Shown: positions 21,584-30,663 of the stretch, piece by piece
How positions within the stretch are numbered: position 1 is the first letter of the stretch
Layout of the letters: every line of letters begins with the position of its first letter
Assembly (NCBI GenBank): GCA_947179245.1
Contig: CAMXBD010000001.1
Span: 11,562-75,561 of the forward strand
Length of the DNA stretch: 64,000 nt
From: an uncultured Lachnospiraceae bacterium
Lineage (GTDB): Bacteria; Bacillota; Clostridia; Lachnospirales; Lachnospiraceae
Reading direction: 5' to 3'
The notes under the pieces: model-generated
The model's input: the letters and a program-made list of their open reading frames with translations, nothing else
Database searches by the model: none
What the model was told of the DNA's origin: nothing
Position numbers and translations under genes: made by a program

Positions 21584-22632
21584 TCGGATCCGGCGCCGTT
21601 TAGGAAAGCTCTCATGGATTGGGAGCTTTTTGCACGTAGCGATAAATTTTGCGACATATATGTCATAAAAGAGAGTATGGAAGATATTACGGTGTTATTT
21701 GCAGGGCGGACATCACCGGCATAGGGAATCAATCCCAGCCCGGCATAGGTTTCTACGGCGGTACGCTGGTTATCCGCCATAAGATAACTGATAGTGGGAA
21801 CGCCTACCGCACATAATTCGCATAAGGTAGTGCCTCCAGCGCTGACTGCGAGGTCACAGGATGCCATTAGAGATGCGACGTCCGGGATGCCTTCGTGAAT
21901 GTGTACATTTGGATGCATACGGGCATAAGAGGTCAAGGAATCATAACGCGTGTTGGCGCTGCTTGTCAGGATATGATAATGCAGGGACTGTAATAATTGT
22001 GCGTCCTGTATGGGGGCAGTGCCTGATGATTCATGATAGATGGCATGAAGCAGACGCTCAGCGACTGCGAAGGGATCGGTTCCGCCGGTGGATAACAGTA
22101 CATGTTCCACGGTTGGACGCACGGTATAGGAGGAAGTGCTGAATTGTTCGCGCAAAGGCGTGTATTGTACCCCCAGCAGTTTATGGTCTGCATTGGCATA
22201 ATGATCGCAGTCCTTATCGGTATCATAGTTGATCACGAGATCCACGGGGCAGTCGAAGCTTCTAAGATCATCCAGATATGCCACACGGAAATGCTCGCGG
22301 AGTGACAGAAGATAGGACGGAGTGGCATAATAGGAATCCACAAAAATCCATGGCTTAGAGTTGTTTTCTGCAGTTTTGTCCTGAATGAAAAGAGCGTACA
22401 GGGCAGTGAGTTCCTCTGTGGGAGTTGTATAATCACTGTTTAGACAGTACACCTCAAACTCATGTGGGACAGTAAAAGATTTCTGAATAAGAGTTAAACT
22501 TTGCCTGTCAGATACGATGAATTTAACGTTGGAGCCTTTTTTGGCGCAGGCGCGGGCGATAGCAAGGCAACGCATGATATGTCCCATTGCAATGTTACTG
22601 TTTCCGTCTGTTCTGAAATATATGTTCGCCAT
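21556..22632 (-). CDS. pseG: UDP-2,4-diacetamido-2,4,6-trideoxy-beta-L-altropyranose hydrolase
   Basis: FRTDG...IAMGHIMRCLAIA, VDSY, YLDD, PLREQF, STGGTDP, SAGGTTLCEL, ADNQ; GGAGGAGG RBS. Confidence 0.88.
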   Translation of the reverse strand: MANIYFRTDGNSNIAMGHIMRCLAIARACAKKGSNVKFIVSDRQSLTLIQKSFTVPHEFEVYCLNSDYTTPTEELTALYALFIQDKTAENNSKPWIFVDSYYATPSYLLSLREHFRVAYLDDLRSFDCPVDLVINYDTDKDCDHYANADHKLLGVQYTPLREQFSTSSYTVRPTVEHVLLSTGGTDPFAVAERLLHAIYHESSGTAPIQDAQLLQSLHYHILTSSANTRYDSLTSYARMHPNVHIHEGIPDVASLMASCDLAVSAGGTTLCELCAVGVPTISYLMADNQRTAVETYAGLGLIPYAGDVRPANNTVISSILSFMTYMSQNLSLRAKSSQSMRAFLNGAGSDQIACALTS

Positions 22633-22671
22633 AATGCCTCCTCCGTTACATGTGCCAAATGATGCTGCCGC

Positions 22672-22769
22672 ATAAAATTGCAACGCAATTTTATATAGTT
22701 AAATCGCGGAGCGATTTTACTATTAGTATATAGATATAGCCGGAAAAACGCAAATCTGATTTACGTTTT
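22672..22769. repeat. Cluster of three short palindromes in the pseG/AraC divergent spacer
   Basis: ATAAAATTGC-aac-GCAATTTTAT; AAATCGC-gga-GCGATTT; AAAACG-c-AAATC-t-GATTT-a-CGTTTT. Confidence 0.75.
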
Positions 22770-22809
22770 ATATAGATTTTGATACAATAGAGGGCGGAGG
22801 AAACATGTT

Positions 22810-23748
22810 ATGAACAATGGAACCAAAAGAAAGAAGGAAATACAGTTCCGCTATTATGAGATTCCGCAGGATGAACCTTGTCTGGCATTGCTGGGCGAAG
22901 CATGGGTGCGTCCTTATGGTGATGGTATTGACTGTCTTCATTTCCATAATTATATGGAAATCGGGTTTTGTTATGACGGTGATGGGGAAATGGTGCTGGA
23001 TGAGGAAAGTATACCATATGGATCGGGCATGTTTACCATTATTCCAAAGAATTATCCTCACAACACAAACAGTACGAATTATGCGTTGAGCCGATGGGAA
23101 TATATTTTTATAGATGTGGAAGCTTTTTTGCGAGAGATATACAGGGATAATCGGATATTTGCGGATGACCTTATTGCAGTCATCAATAATCGCGCGTGGA
23201 CTGTGGAGGCGGAGAAGTATCCTGAGGCGGCAGCTCTGGTTCGCGGTATTATGGAAGAGATGAGATACAAGAAGGATTTTTATGCAGAGAGTGTGCATGG
23301 GATGCTGTTATCGCTGCTTATGAATATTGCACGGATGAATCATAAGGGTTCCGGTAAAGTCAGAAAGCAGAGTAGTGGAGTCTCACAGATGACAGTTGCG
23401 CTGCACTATATCGGAAAACATTATGCTGAAGATCTGACAATAGGGGATCTGGCGGGAGTCAGCCATATGTCGGAGACGCATTTCAGACGGGTTTTCCAGA
23501 AAACCATGAATATGACGCCATCGGATTATCTGAATCTGGTGCGGGTACAGATGGCGTGTGAGCATATGAAAAAGCATACTGACAGTATGGAGCTGGTAGC
23601 GGAGAAATGCGGATTCCAATCAATGTCTACTTTTAATCGGAATTTCAAGAAAATTCTGGGTATTACGCCTTATCAGTGGAAGATACATCCAGAGAATTAT
23701 GAGGCAAAATTACTAAATTATAAAATTTCTGCTTACAGAGGCTGGTAG
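22810..23748 (+). CDS. AraC-family transcriptional regulator
   Basis: Cupin LHFHNYMEIG; C-terminal double HTH (SETHFRRVF, AEKCGFQSMSTFNRNFKK..G.TP). Confidence 0.93.
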   Translation: MNNGTKRKKEIQFRYYEIPQDEPCLALLGEAWVRPYGDGIDCLHFHNYMEIGFCYDGDGEMVLDEESIPYGSGMFTIIPKNYPHNTNSTNYALSRWEYIFIDVEAFLREIYRDNRIFADDLIAVINNRAWTVEAEKYPEAAALVRGIMEEMRYKKDFYAESVHGMLLSLLMNIARMNHKGSGKVRKQSSGVSQMTVALHYIGKHYAEDLTIGDLAGVSHMSETHFRRVFQKTMNMTPSDYLNLVRVQMACEHMKKHTDSMELVAEKCGFQSMSTFNRNFKKILGITPYQWKIHPENYEAKLLNYKISAYRGW

Positions 23749-23839
23749 ATATTGTGTCGAAAATGGGTGTTTTTCACATAATTTAGCGACAAAAAGTATG
23801 TCTCAAAGGATAATAGTAAATTCAATAACGTAATCGTTT

Positions 23840-23875
23840 AAGGTGCAAAATCATGGTCGAATTTGCATCTTTTTT
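23840..23875 (+). terminator. Probable intrinsic terminator after the AraC gene
   Basis: AAGGTGCAAA...TTTGCATCTT stem followed by a T run. Confidence 0.55.
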
Positions 23876-24040
23876 GATTTTTGATAGCAACACATGAAAA
23901 TTTTCAAGGGTTATAATGCATACATAATCAATCAAAAAGAGGAATAAGTTATACAAAATGACGAAAAGCTTTTTCGAGATTGATTAGACAAAAATAGAAT
24001 CGTGTACAATGTACACAAAAACGAATGGGAGGAAACAGAA

Positions 24041-25423
24041 ATGAAAAGAAAGATTTTGGCAGCTTTATTAGCGTCCACAATGATTCTTTCATTGGTAGGA
24101 TGTGGTGGCAATGGTGGTGCAGCATCCACAGACGATGGAGCGGCAGCTACGACAGATGAAGCAGCGCCCGCAGCAGATGACGCGGCGGCACCTGCGGCAG
24201 ACGATGCAGCGGCACCCGCAGCAGAAGGCGAAGAGACATTGACAGTATGGTGCTGGGATCCGGCATTCAACTTGAATGCAATGTATGAGGCAGAGAAGGT
24301 ATATCAGAAAGACCATCCGAACTTTAAGCTGAACGTGGTTGAGACACCTTGGGATGATATTCAGACCAAAGTTACTACGGCAGCTACTTCCGGTGATTTA
24401 AGTACACTGCCTGACATTTTCTTAATGCAGGATAATGCATTCCAGAAAAATGTTATCAGTTTCCCGGATGTATGTGCGGATTTAACAAATAGTGGAATTG
24501 ATTTTTCACAGTTTGCAGCAGGTAAGACAGCTTATTCTGTAATCGATGGCAAGAACTACGGTGTTCCTTTCGATAATGGCGCCGTTGTAGCATGTTATCG
24601 TACGGATTATCTCGAACAGGCTGGTCTGACTGTCGATGATTTCACAGATATCACATTTGATCAGTACCTTGAGAACGGTAAGAAAGTTCTGGAAGCAACA
24701 GGAAAGCCCCTCATCTCCATGCAGGCAGGTGAGTGCGACTTGATCATGATGATGATGCAGTCAGCAGGAGCTTCTCTGTTTAATGAAGACGGAACAGCTA
24801 ATATTGTAGGTAATGATACATTGAAGGTTGTTATGGAGACATACAAGAAGCTGAAAGATGAAGGCGTACTTGTCGAGGTTAACAGCTGGGATGAGTATGT
24901 AGGCTCTATCGTAAGCGGCGATGTAGCAGGAACAATTAACGGATGCTGGATTATGGCTTCTATCCAGACGGCAGAAGATCAGTCTGGTAATTGGGCAATC
25001 ACCAATATGCCGAGTCTGGTAGGAGTATCTGGTGCAACCAATTACTCTAATAATGGTGGTTCTTCATGGGCTGTTACAACGAATTGCAAAGATCAGGCAC
25101 TTGCTGCTGATTTCCTTGCAAGCACATTTGCAGGAAGCACAGAGTTGTATGACAATATTCTTCCGAGCGGCGCTCTGGCTACATGGGCTCCGGCAGGCGA
25201 CTCCGACGCGTACGGTGCACCGAGCGATTTCTTCGGCGGTGATGCAGTGTCCGCTAAGATTGTAGACTTTTCTACAAAGGTACCGTCCAACATCACAGGC
25301 GTTTACTACTACGAAGCACGTAATGCAGTAGCAACTGCAATTACGAATTATATTAACGGCGCTGACATCGACGCAGAAATGCAGACAGCAGCAGACACAG
25401 TAAACTTCAATATGGGACAGTAG
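24041..25423 (+). CDS. Carbohydrate ABC transporter substrate-binding lipoprotein (lactose/galactoside type)
   Basis: LVGC lipobox, LTVWCWD, LPDI, YGVPFD, NNGGSSW; upstream of two permeases and a beta-galactosidase. Confidence 0.9.
   Translation: MKRKILAALLASTMILSLVGCGGNGGAASTDDGAAATTDEAAPAADDAAAPAADDAAAPAAEGEETLTVWCWDPAFNLNAMYEAEKVYQKDHPNFKLNVVETPWDDIQTKVTTAATSGDLSTLPDIFLMQDNAFQKNVISFPDVCADLTNSGIDFSQFAAGKTAYSVIDGKNYGVPFDNGAVVACYRTDYLEQAGLTVDDFTDITFDQYLENGKKVLEATGKPLISMQAGECDLIMMMMQSAGASLFNEDGTANIVGNDTLKVVMETYKKLKDEGVLVEVNSWDEYVGSIVSGDVAGTINGCWIMASIQTAEDQSGNWAITNMPSLVGVSGATNYSNNGGSSWAVTTNCKDQALAADFLASTFAGSTELYDNILPSGALATWAPAGDSDAYGAPSDFFGGDAVSAKIVDFSTKVPSNITGVYYYEARNAVATAITNYINGADIDAEMQTAADTVNFNMGQ
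24155..24223 (+). repeat. Coding tandem repeat (DEAAPAA/DDAAAPAA x3) in the lipoprotein linker
   Basis: Three 21-24 nt units with synonymous differences. Confidence 0.8.
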
Positions 25424-25518
25424 CATTAAGCCATGCAGCGGCATGACAAAGCAGGCAGAAGAAAGCTTGCTTTCGGATGACTGATTTGGCATGTCGCTAT
25501 AGGGCGCAAGCCCGACAT

Positions 25519-25623
25519 GAGCAAAAAGACGCGAAGCGGCGTTTTGCGAATGGGCATGGCGGAAGTCGTGTAAAGGAGCAAAAAGACGCGAAGCGACGTT
25601 TTGCGAATGGGCATGGCGGAAGT
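25519..25623. repeat. 48-bp direct repeat, two copies (25519-25566, 25576-25623), each palindromic
   Basis: GAGCAAAAAGACGCGAAGCG[G/A]CGTTTTGCGAATGGGCATGGCGGAAGT, one mismatch, 9-bp spacer. Confidence 0.9.
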
Positions 25624-25636
25624 ATAGATAAGACAT

Positions 25637-25671
25637 AGGGGAATGGTTTAAAGAGCTGTTCCCCTTTTTTT
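25637..25671 (+). terminator. Terminator-like hairpin between substrate-binding and permease genes
   Basis: AGGGGAATGGTT...AGCTGTTCCCCT stem (with G-U pairs) followed by a T run. Confidence 0.7.
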
Positions 25672-25700
25672 CTCCAAGTGCAGAAGAAGGAGGGAGTTTC

Positions 25701-26594
25701 TTGAGCAAGTCAACAAAAAAATTAACACTTAGCAAAAAACATAATCTAACGGGGTGGGCGTTTCTGGCGCCCGGTGCGCTTCTGATATTTATTATGAGTT
25801 TTATACCGATGATAAGGGCGTTGATTTTATCTTTCAAGGCTGGTGTCGGTGCAAACATGAATTGGTGTGGCATCATGAACTATACACGAATGTTTCAAGA
25901 CAAGGTGTTTATCCAATCCATTAAAAATACTTTTTTCTATCTGATTATTCAGGTGCCGGTCATGTTGATATTTGCTTTGATTCTGGCATCTATACTGAAC
26001 AATAAGGATCTGAAGTTTAAGGGACTTTTTCGTACGATGATTTTCCTGCCGTGTGCAACATCACTGGTGGCGTACGCAATCATCTTCCGGTCCTTGTTTG
26101 CCAACAACGGGCTTGTTAATCTTGTGTTAGTCAATCTCGGAATATTAGATCAACCGTATTCTTTCCTTACGAATACGACAAGCGCGCGAATTGTTATCGT
26201 TATCGCACTTTTATGGAGATGGACCGGATATAACATGGTGTTCTACCTGTCGGGGCTACAGAATATAGAGTATTCAGTTTATGAGGCAGCGAAGATTGAC
26301 GGCGCATCCGCGGTACAGTCCTTCTTCCGTATTACAGTACCACTTTTGAAACCGACTATCCTGCTGACGGCAATCATGTCAACAAACGGTACGCTGCAGT
26401 TGTTTGACGAGTCAGTCAACTTGACAAACGGCGGACCGGCAAATACATCGATTACCATGTCGCATTACATATATGATATGTCCTTTAAATTTGTGCCGAA
26501 CTTCGGTTATTCGGCAGCGATGTCCTTCTTAATTTTGATACTGGTTGCTATCTTAGCATTCCTTCAGATGAAAGTGGGTGATAAACGTGATTAA
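25701..26594 (+). CDS. Sugar ABC transporter permease
   Basis: EAA loop (YEAAKIDGA...FFRITVPLLKP), six TMs, TTG start with GGAGG RBS. Confidence 0.92.
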   Translation: MSKSTKKLTLSKKHNLTGWAFLAPGALLIFIMSFIPMIRALILSFKAGVGANMNWCGIMNYTRMFQDKVFIQSIKNTFFYLIIQVPVMLIFALILASILNNKDLKFKGLFRTMIFLPCATSLVAYAIIFRSLFANNGLVNLVLVNLGILDQPYSFLTNTTSARIVIVIALLWRWTGYNMVFYLSGLQNIEYSVYEAAKIDGASAVQSFFRITVPLLKPTILLTAIMSTNGTLQLFDESVNLTNGGPANTSITMSHYIYDMSFKFVPNFGYSAAMSFLILILVAILAFLQMKVGDKRD

Positions 26595-27393
26595 GGCTAA
26601 GAAATTTTTTATGTATCTGTTTTTGTGTATCGTGTCCTTTATTTCTGTTTTTCCGTTGTACTGGATGGTTAGTGCATCGACGAACAAGAGTGCGGAGGTT
26701 ATTTCCGGACGTTTGATTCCGGGCACGTATTTCATAGAAAACCTTAAGAATCTTTTAACAACTCAGAATATTGGAAGAGCGCTTGGCAATTCTTTTAAAT
26801 ATTCGATCATTCTGACAGTAGTGTCACTTGTTGTCTGTTCACTTGCAGGTTACGGGTTTGAGATTTATCATGATAAGGGGAAAGATACCGTTATGAGTAT
26901 TATCCTTCTGGCGATGATGGTGCCTTTCGTGGCAACGATGATTCCGCTATTTCAGATGGTTTCTAAAGCCGGATGGTTAAATACGACAATCGGATTTATC
27001 CTTCCGACGATTTCGACACCGTTCCTGATCATGATGTTCAGACAGAGCGCGAGGTCTTTCCCACACGACATCATGGAGGCTGCGAGAATTGACGGACTTT
27101 CCGAACTCCGAATTTTCTTCCAGATGTTTATGCCGACTATGAGATCGACATATGCGGCGGCTATGACGATTACTTTCATGAATGCGTGGAACAGCTACTT
27201 ATGGCCGAAAGTAATTATGACTGACGCGACCAGCCAGACAATGCCAATGGTTGTTGCCAATCTGACAGAGGGTTATGTTACAGATTACGGTATGCTGATG
27301 TTAGCGGTACTTATCTGTACACTTCCTACAGCAATCGTATTCTTCTGCCTGCAGAATGCATTTGCGGAAGGTATTACGGGTGCAGTCAAATAA
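26587..27393 (+). CDS. Sugar ABC transporter permease
   Basis: EAARIDG, WNSYLWP, EGITGAVK; GTG start overlapping the previous stop. Confidence 0.92.
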   Translation: MIKAKKFFMYLFLCIVSFISVFPLYWMVSASTNKSAEVISGRLIPGTYFIENLKNLLTTQNIGRALGNSFKYSIILTVVSLVVCSLAGYGFEIYHDKGKDTVMSIILLAMMVPFVATMIPLFQMVSKAGWLNTTIGFILPTISTPFLIMMFRQSARSFPHDIMEAARIDGLSELRIFFQMFMPTMRSTYAAAMTITFMNAWNSYLWPKVIMTDATSQTMPMVVANLTEGYVTDYGMLMLAVLICTLPTAIVFFCLQNAFAEGITGAVK

Positions 27394-27531
27394 TATGACT
27401 GGGTTGAGAATTAGCTACGGCGGGCGGATTGCAGATAAGGACGCATCCGCCCTCTGTTAACTGATTTGGACTTAAATAGGCTTGTTTTGCAAGCGCCTAT
27501 TACGATAATAGTATGAGAGGAGGGCTACGTT

Positions 27532-29427
27532 ATGCAGCCTGATATCAAGTGGCTGGATGATCCGCAGACATTCAGGGTGGGTCAGCTTCCGGCACATAGC
27601 GATCATAAGATTTATGCAGATGTGAAGGAGATGGAACAGCAGAAAAGCTCTCTCTGCCAATCTTTAAACGGGACATGGCAGTTTGCTTATTCTGTAAACC
27701 CGCAGAGCCGTCCGGCAGATTTCTATAGGGTGGACTATCCTGCGAAAAAATTTGGGGAAATACAGGTCCCATGCCATATTGAGATGGCGGGATATGACAG
27801 GATACATTATATTAACACAATGTATCCGTGGGAGGGCAAGGTGTATCGCCGTCCGGCGTATGCTTTAGGAAAAGACAGAACGGAAAAAGGTTCCTTCAGC
27901 GAGGCGGAGTATAATCCTGTCGGTTCATACCGCAAGGCGTTTGATCTGGAAGATGGGCTTCGCGGTAAACGGGTATGTATCTGTTTTGAAGGTGCAGAGC
28001 AGGCAATCTATGTATGGCTCAATGGACAGTTTGTGGGATATGCGGAAGACAGCTTTACACCGTCTGAATTTGATCTGACGCCCTATATCAAGGAAAAGGA
28101 CAACCTGCTTGCGGTGGAAGTGTATAAAAACAGTACCGCGGTATATCTGGAAGATCAGGATTTCTTCCGGTTTTCAGGAATCTACAGAGATGTAACGCTG
28201 TATGCGAAACCGAAGCTTCATATAGAGGATATGTGGGTGAAACCCGTGCTTTCTGCAGACAATCAGACAGGTACGATGGCACTGCAGATGAAGATCTCAA
28301 GTGAAACGGATTATCCTTTGGAGAAAGCAACGGCAGAATATGTCATGTTTGACGGCGAAGGAATCGAGTGTATGAAAGGCGTTTTGCCGATTAAGCCGGA
28401 AATGGAACTGCCACCGCAGATATTGACGAAAGTTATTCCGTGGAGTAACAGGAATCCGTATCTATACAAATTGGTCGTTACACTGCATGACGAGCAGGGT
28501 AATGTACTGGAAACGGCGCCGTGTGCAGTCGGATTCCGTCGTATTGAGATTCGTGACAAAGTCATTTTTTATAATGACAGACGATTGGTTATTAACGGCG
28601 TAAACCGTCATGAGTGGAGCGCGGAAGGCGGAAGATGTATTACCATGCAGGATATGGAGTGGGACATTGAGTGTTTTAAGCGCAATAATATTAATGCGGT
28701 GCGTACCTGCCATTATCCGGATCAGATCGCGTGGTATGATCTGTGCGACCGGAATGGTATCTATGTAATGTCAGAGACGAATCTGGAGAGTCATGGATCG
28801 TGGCAGAAGGATACTATTGAGCCGTCATGGAATGTGCCGGGAAGTCTGCCGGAATGGAAGGAAGCGGTCGTAGACAGGGCAAGAAGTAATTTTGAGGCGT
28901 TTAAGAATCATCCCTCTATTCTGTTCTGGTCACTGGGGAATGAATCTTATGTAGGCGACGATATCGAGGCAATGCAGCAATTCTTTAAAGAGAAAGACGA
29001 CAGCAGGCTGGTTCACTACGAGGGTGTTGTTCACAACCGGGAATATGAAGATACGGTATCGGAAGTGGAAAGCCGCATGTATGCAACACCTGATGATATT
29101 GTGGAATATTTGGAGAATGAGCCAAAGAAACCATTTATTTTATGCGAATATATGCATGATATGGGAAATTCTTTAGGCGGTATGAAATCATATATTGATC
29201 TTCTGGATCGTTTCGAAATGTATCAAGGTGGATTTATATGGGACTATATCGATCAGGCAGTCTATGCACAGGACAGAGTGACGGGAAATAAGATGTTGTG
29301 CTATGGCGGTGATTTTGACGACAGATCGAGCAATTATGAATTTTCCGGTAATGGTATCGTGTTCGCGGACAGAACAGAGAAACCGGCTATGCAGGAGGTG
29401 AAATACTACTATGGATTGCACGAATAA
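27532..29427 (+). CDS. lacL: Beta-galactosidase large subunit (GH2)
   Basis: HYINTMYPW, EDQDFFRFSGIYR, GVNRHE, RTCHYP, WSLGNES (acid/base), LCEYMHDMGNS (nucleophile). Confidence 0.92.
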   Translation: MQPDIKWLDDPQTFRVGQLPAHSDHKIYADVKEMEQQKSSLCQSLNGTWQFAYSVNPQSRPADFYRVDYPAKKFGEIQVPCHIEMAGYDRIHYINTMYPWEGKVYRRPAYALGKDRTEKGSFSEAEYNPVGSYRKAFDLEDGLRGKRVCICFEGAEQAIYVWLNGQFVGYAEDSFTPSEFDLTPYIKEKDNLLAVEVYKNSTAVYLEDQDFFRFSGIYRDVTLYAKPKLHIEDMWVKPVLSADNQTGTMALQMKISSETDYPLEKATAEYVMFDGEGIECMKGVLPIKPEMELPPQILTKVIPWSNRNPYLYKLVVTLHDEQGNVLETAPCAVGFRRIEIRDKVIFYNDRRLVINGVNRHEWSAEGGRCITMQDMEWDIECFKRNNINAVRTCHYPDQIAWYDLCDRNGIYVMSETNLESHGSWQKDTIEPSWNVPGSLPEWKEAVVDRARSNFEAFKNHPSILFWSLGNESYVGDDIEAMQQFFKEKDDSRLVHYEGVVHNREYEDTVSEVESRMYATPDDIVEYLENEPKKPFILCEYMHDMGNSLGGMKSYIDLLDRFEMYQGGFIWDYIDQAVYAQDRVTGNKMLCYGGDFDDRSSNYEFSGNGIVFADRTEKPAMQEVKYYYGLHE

Positions 29428-30376
29428 ATTGCAGGTGATCGTAGGTGATGCGACGATCGGTGTGCGTGGTGAAAGATTTTCTTATATTTTTTCCGGTGCA
29501 AGAATAGGTATGGAATCACTTGTGCGGGATGGAAAAGAATGGCTTTACAGAACGCCGATGCCGACTTTTTGGCGTGCGCTGACAGATAACGACAGAGGAT
29601 GCGGATTTGCTTTAAAAAGCGGCATGTGGCTTAGCGCGGACTGCTTTATCAAATGTGCCGGCATCACAGTTTCGATAGATGATGCACCGGTTACAGTGCC
29701 GATGGCGCCGGCAAACAATGTTTATGGCGGCACGGTGCTTGCAGACAAGGCGGCAGTTACTTATGTATACGAGACAATCACCCAGCCACAGACGAATGTT
29801 ACGGTGAAGTATGAAGTGATTTCGGGTGGCGATATACATGTACAGGTACATTATGCCGGCAAAAAGGGACTGCCGGAACTGCCGGTGTTCGGTATGAGAT
29901 TTGTGATGCCCACTTGCGCAGACAGATATCGATATGAAGGATTATCGGGAGAGACTTATCCGGACAGGATGGCTGGTGGAATTGCCGGAGTCTATGAGAT
30001 AGAGGGTTTACCGGTCACGCCTTATCTTGTACCGCAGGACTGTAACGTGCATATGCAGACAAAATGGGTGGAGGTATATCGCAGTACAGTGCTTGACAAT
30101 TCTTGTAAAGAGGAAAAAGAAACCGGAATCTGTGTCAGGGCGGAGGATGGCAAAGACATTGCATTTGCATGTATTCCGTATACCGCGGAGGAACTGGAGA
30201 ATGCTACTCATCACGAGGAGCTTCCGCCTGCCAGAAGAACAGTGCTGACCGTGCTGGGCGCAGTGAGAGGTGTGGGCGGTATTAACAGTTGGGGCGCAGA
30301 TGTGGAGCCGCCGTATCATATCAGTGCAGAAGAAGATATTGATTATGGATTTTGGATTGGCGGCGTGAAAGCGTAG
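29411..30376 (+). CDS. lacM: Beta-galactosidase small subunit
   Basis: FWRALTDNDRG, GLSGETYPDR, YLVPQDC, LENATH.EELP, RGVGGINSWG; overlaps the lacL end as in lacLM operons. Confidence 0.92.
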   Translation: MDCTNKLQVIVGDATIGVRGERFSYIFSGARIGMESLVRDGKEWLYRTPMPTFWRALTDNDRGCGFALKSGMWLSADCFIKCAGITVSIDDAPVTVPMAPANNVYGGTVLADKAAVTYVYETITQPQTNVTVKYEVISGGDIHVQVHYAGKKGLPELPVFGMRFVMPTCADRYRYEGLSGETYPDRMAGGIAGVYEIEGLPVTPYLVPQDCNVHMQTKWVEVYRSTVLDNSCKEEKETGICVRAEDGKDIAFACIPYTAEELENATHHEELPPARRTVLTVLGAVRGVGGINSWGADVEPPYHISAEEDIDYGFWIGGVKA

Positions 30377-30385
30377 AGTAAAATT

Positions 30386-30433
30386 AAGAGTGTTGCAAAA
30401 TGCTGAAATTGGTAGTTTTGCGACACTCTTTTT
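30386..30433 (+). terminator. Intrinsic terminator after lacM
   Basis: AAGAGTGTTGCAAAA...TTTTGCGACACTCTT stem plus T run. Confidence 0.8.
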
Positions 30434-30536
30434 GTGTCGTGATAGGGTTATATGTAAGATTGAATAAAATTATTCGTATAGCCGCCAATTATCATAAGGT
30501 CTTTCAGTGGAAATCCAATATCAATTTGCCATTCGA

Positions 30537-30565
30537 TAGACTTTAAAATAAATTGATGCTATAAT
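30537..30565 (+). promoter_or_regulatory. SigA-type promoter upstream of pseF
   Basis: TAGACT-17 bp-TATAAT with TG extended -10. Confidence 0.65.
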
Positions 30566-30581
30566 ACCGTTAATTTATAAA

Positions 30582-30634
30582 TTAGATTCGGGTGTCAAAA
30601 GCCTACGGAAGCACCTCTTGGCACCCGAATCTAA
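30582..30634. repeat. 17-bp inverted repeat in the pseF leader
   Basis: TTAGATTCGGGTGTCAA(30582-30598)...TTGGCACCCGAATCTAA(30618-30634), one G-U. Confidence 0.85.
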
Positions 30635-30663
30635 ATAAAAAATATCACAGGAGTAATATTTAC

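Noticed and set aside
23755-23761. Perfect Spo0A box TGTCGAA after the AraC gene
   Set aside because: A 7-mer is expected about 8 times by chance on both strands of 64 kb, and it is not at a glycan promoter.
24155-24223. Ala/Pro/Asp repeat as a novel domain
   Set aside because: Low-complexity linkers after the lipobox are common in clostridial solute-binding lipoproteins.
25519-25623. 48-bp direct repeats as a CRISPR array
   Set aside because: Only two copies, a 9-bp spacer and no cas genes.
25064-25876. 270-aa minus-strand ORF
   Set aside because: Antisense to two clear genes and the repeat element; no recognisable domain.
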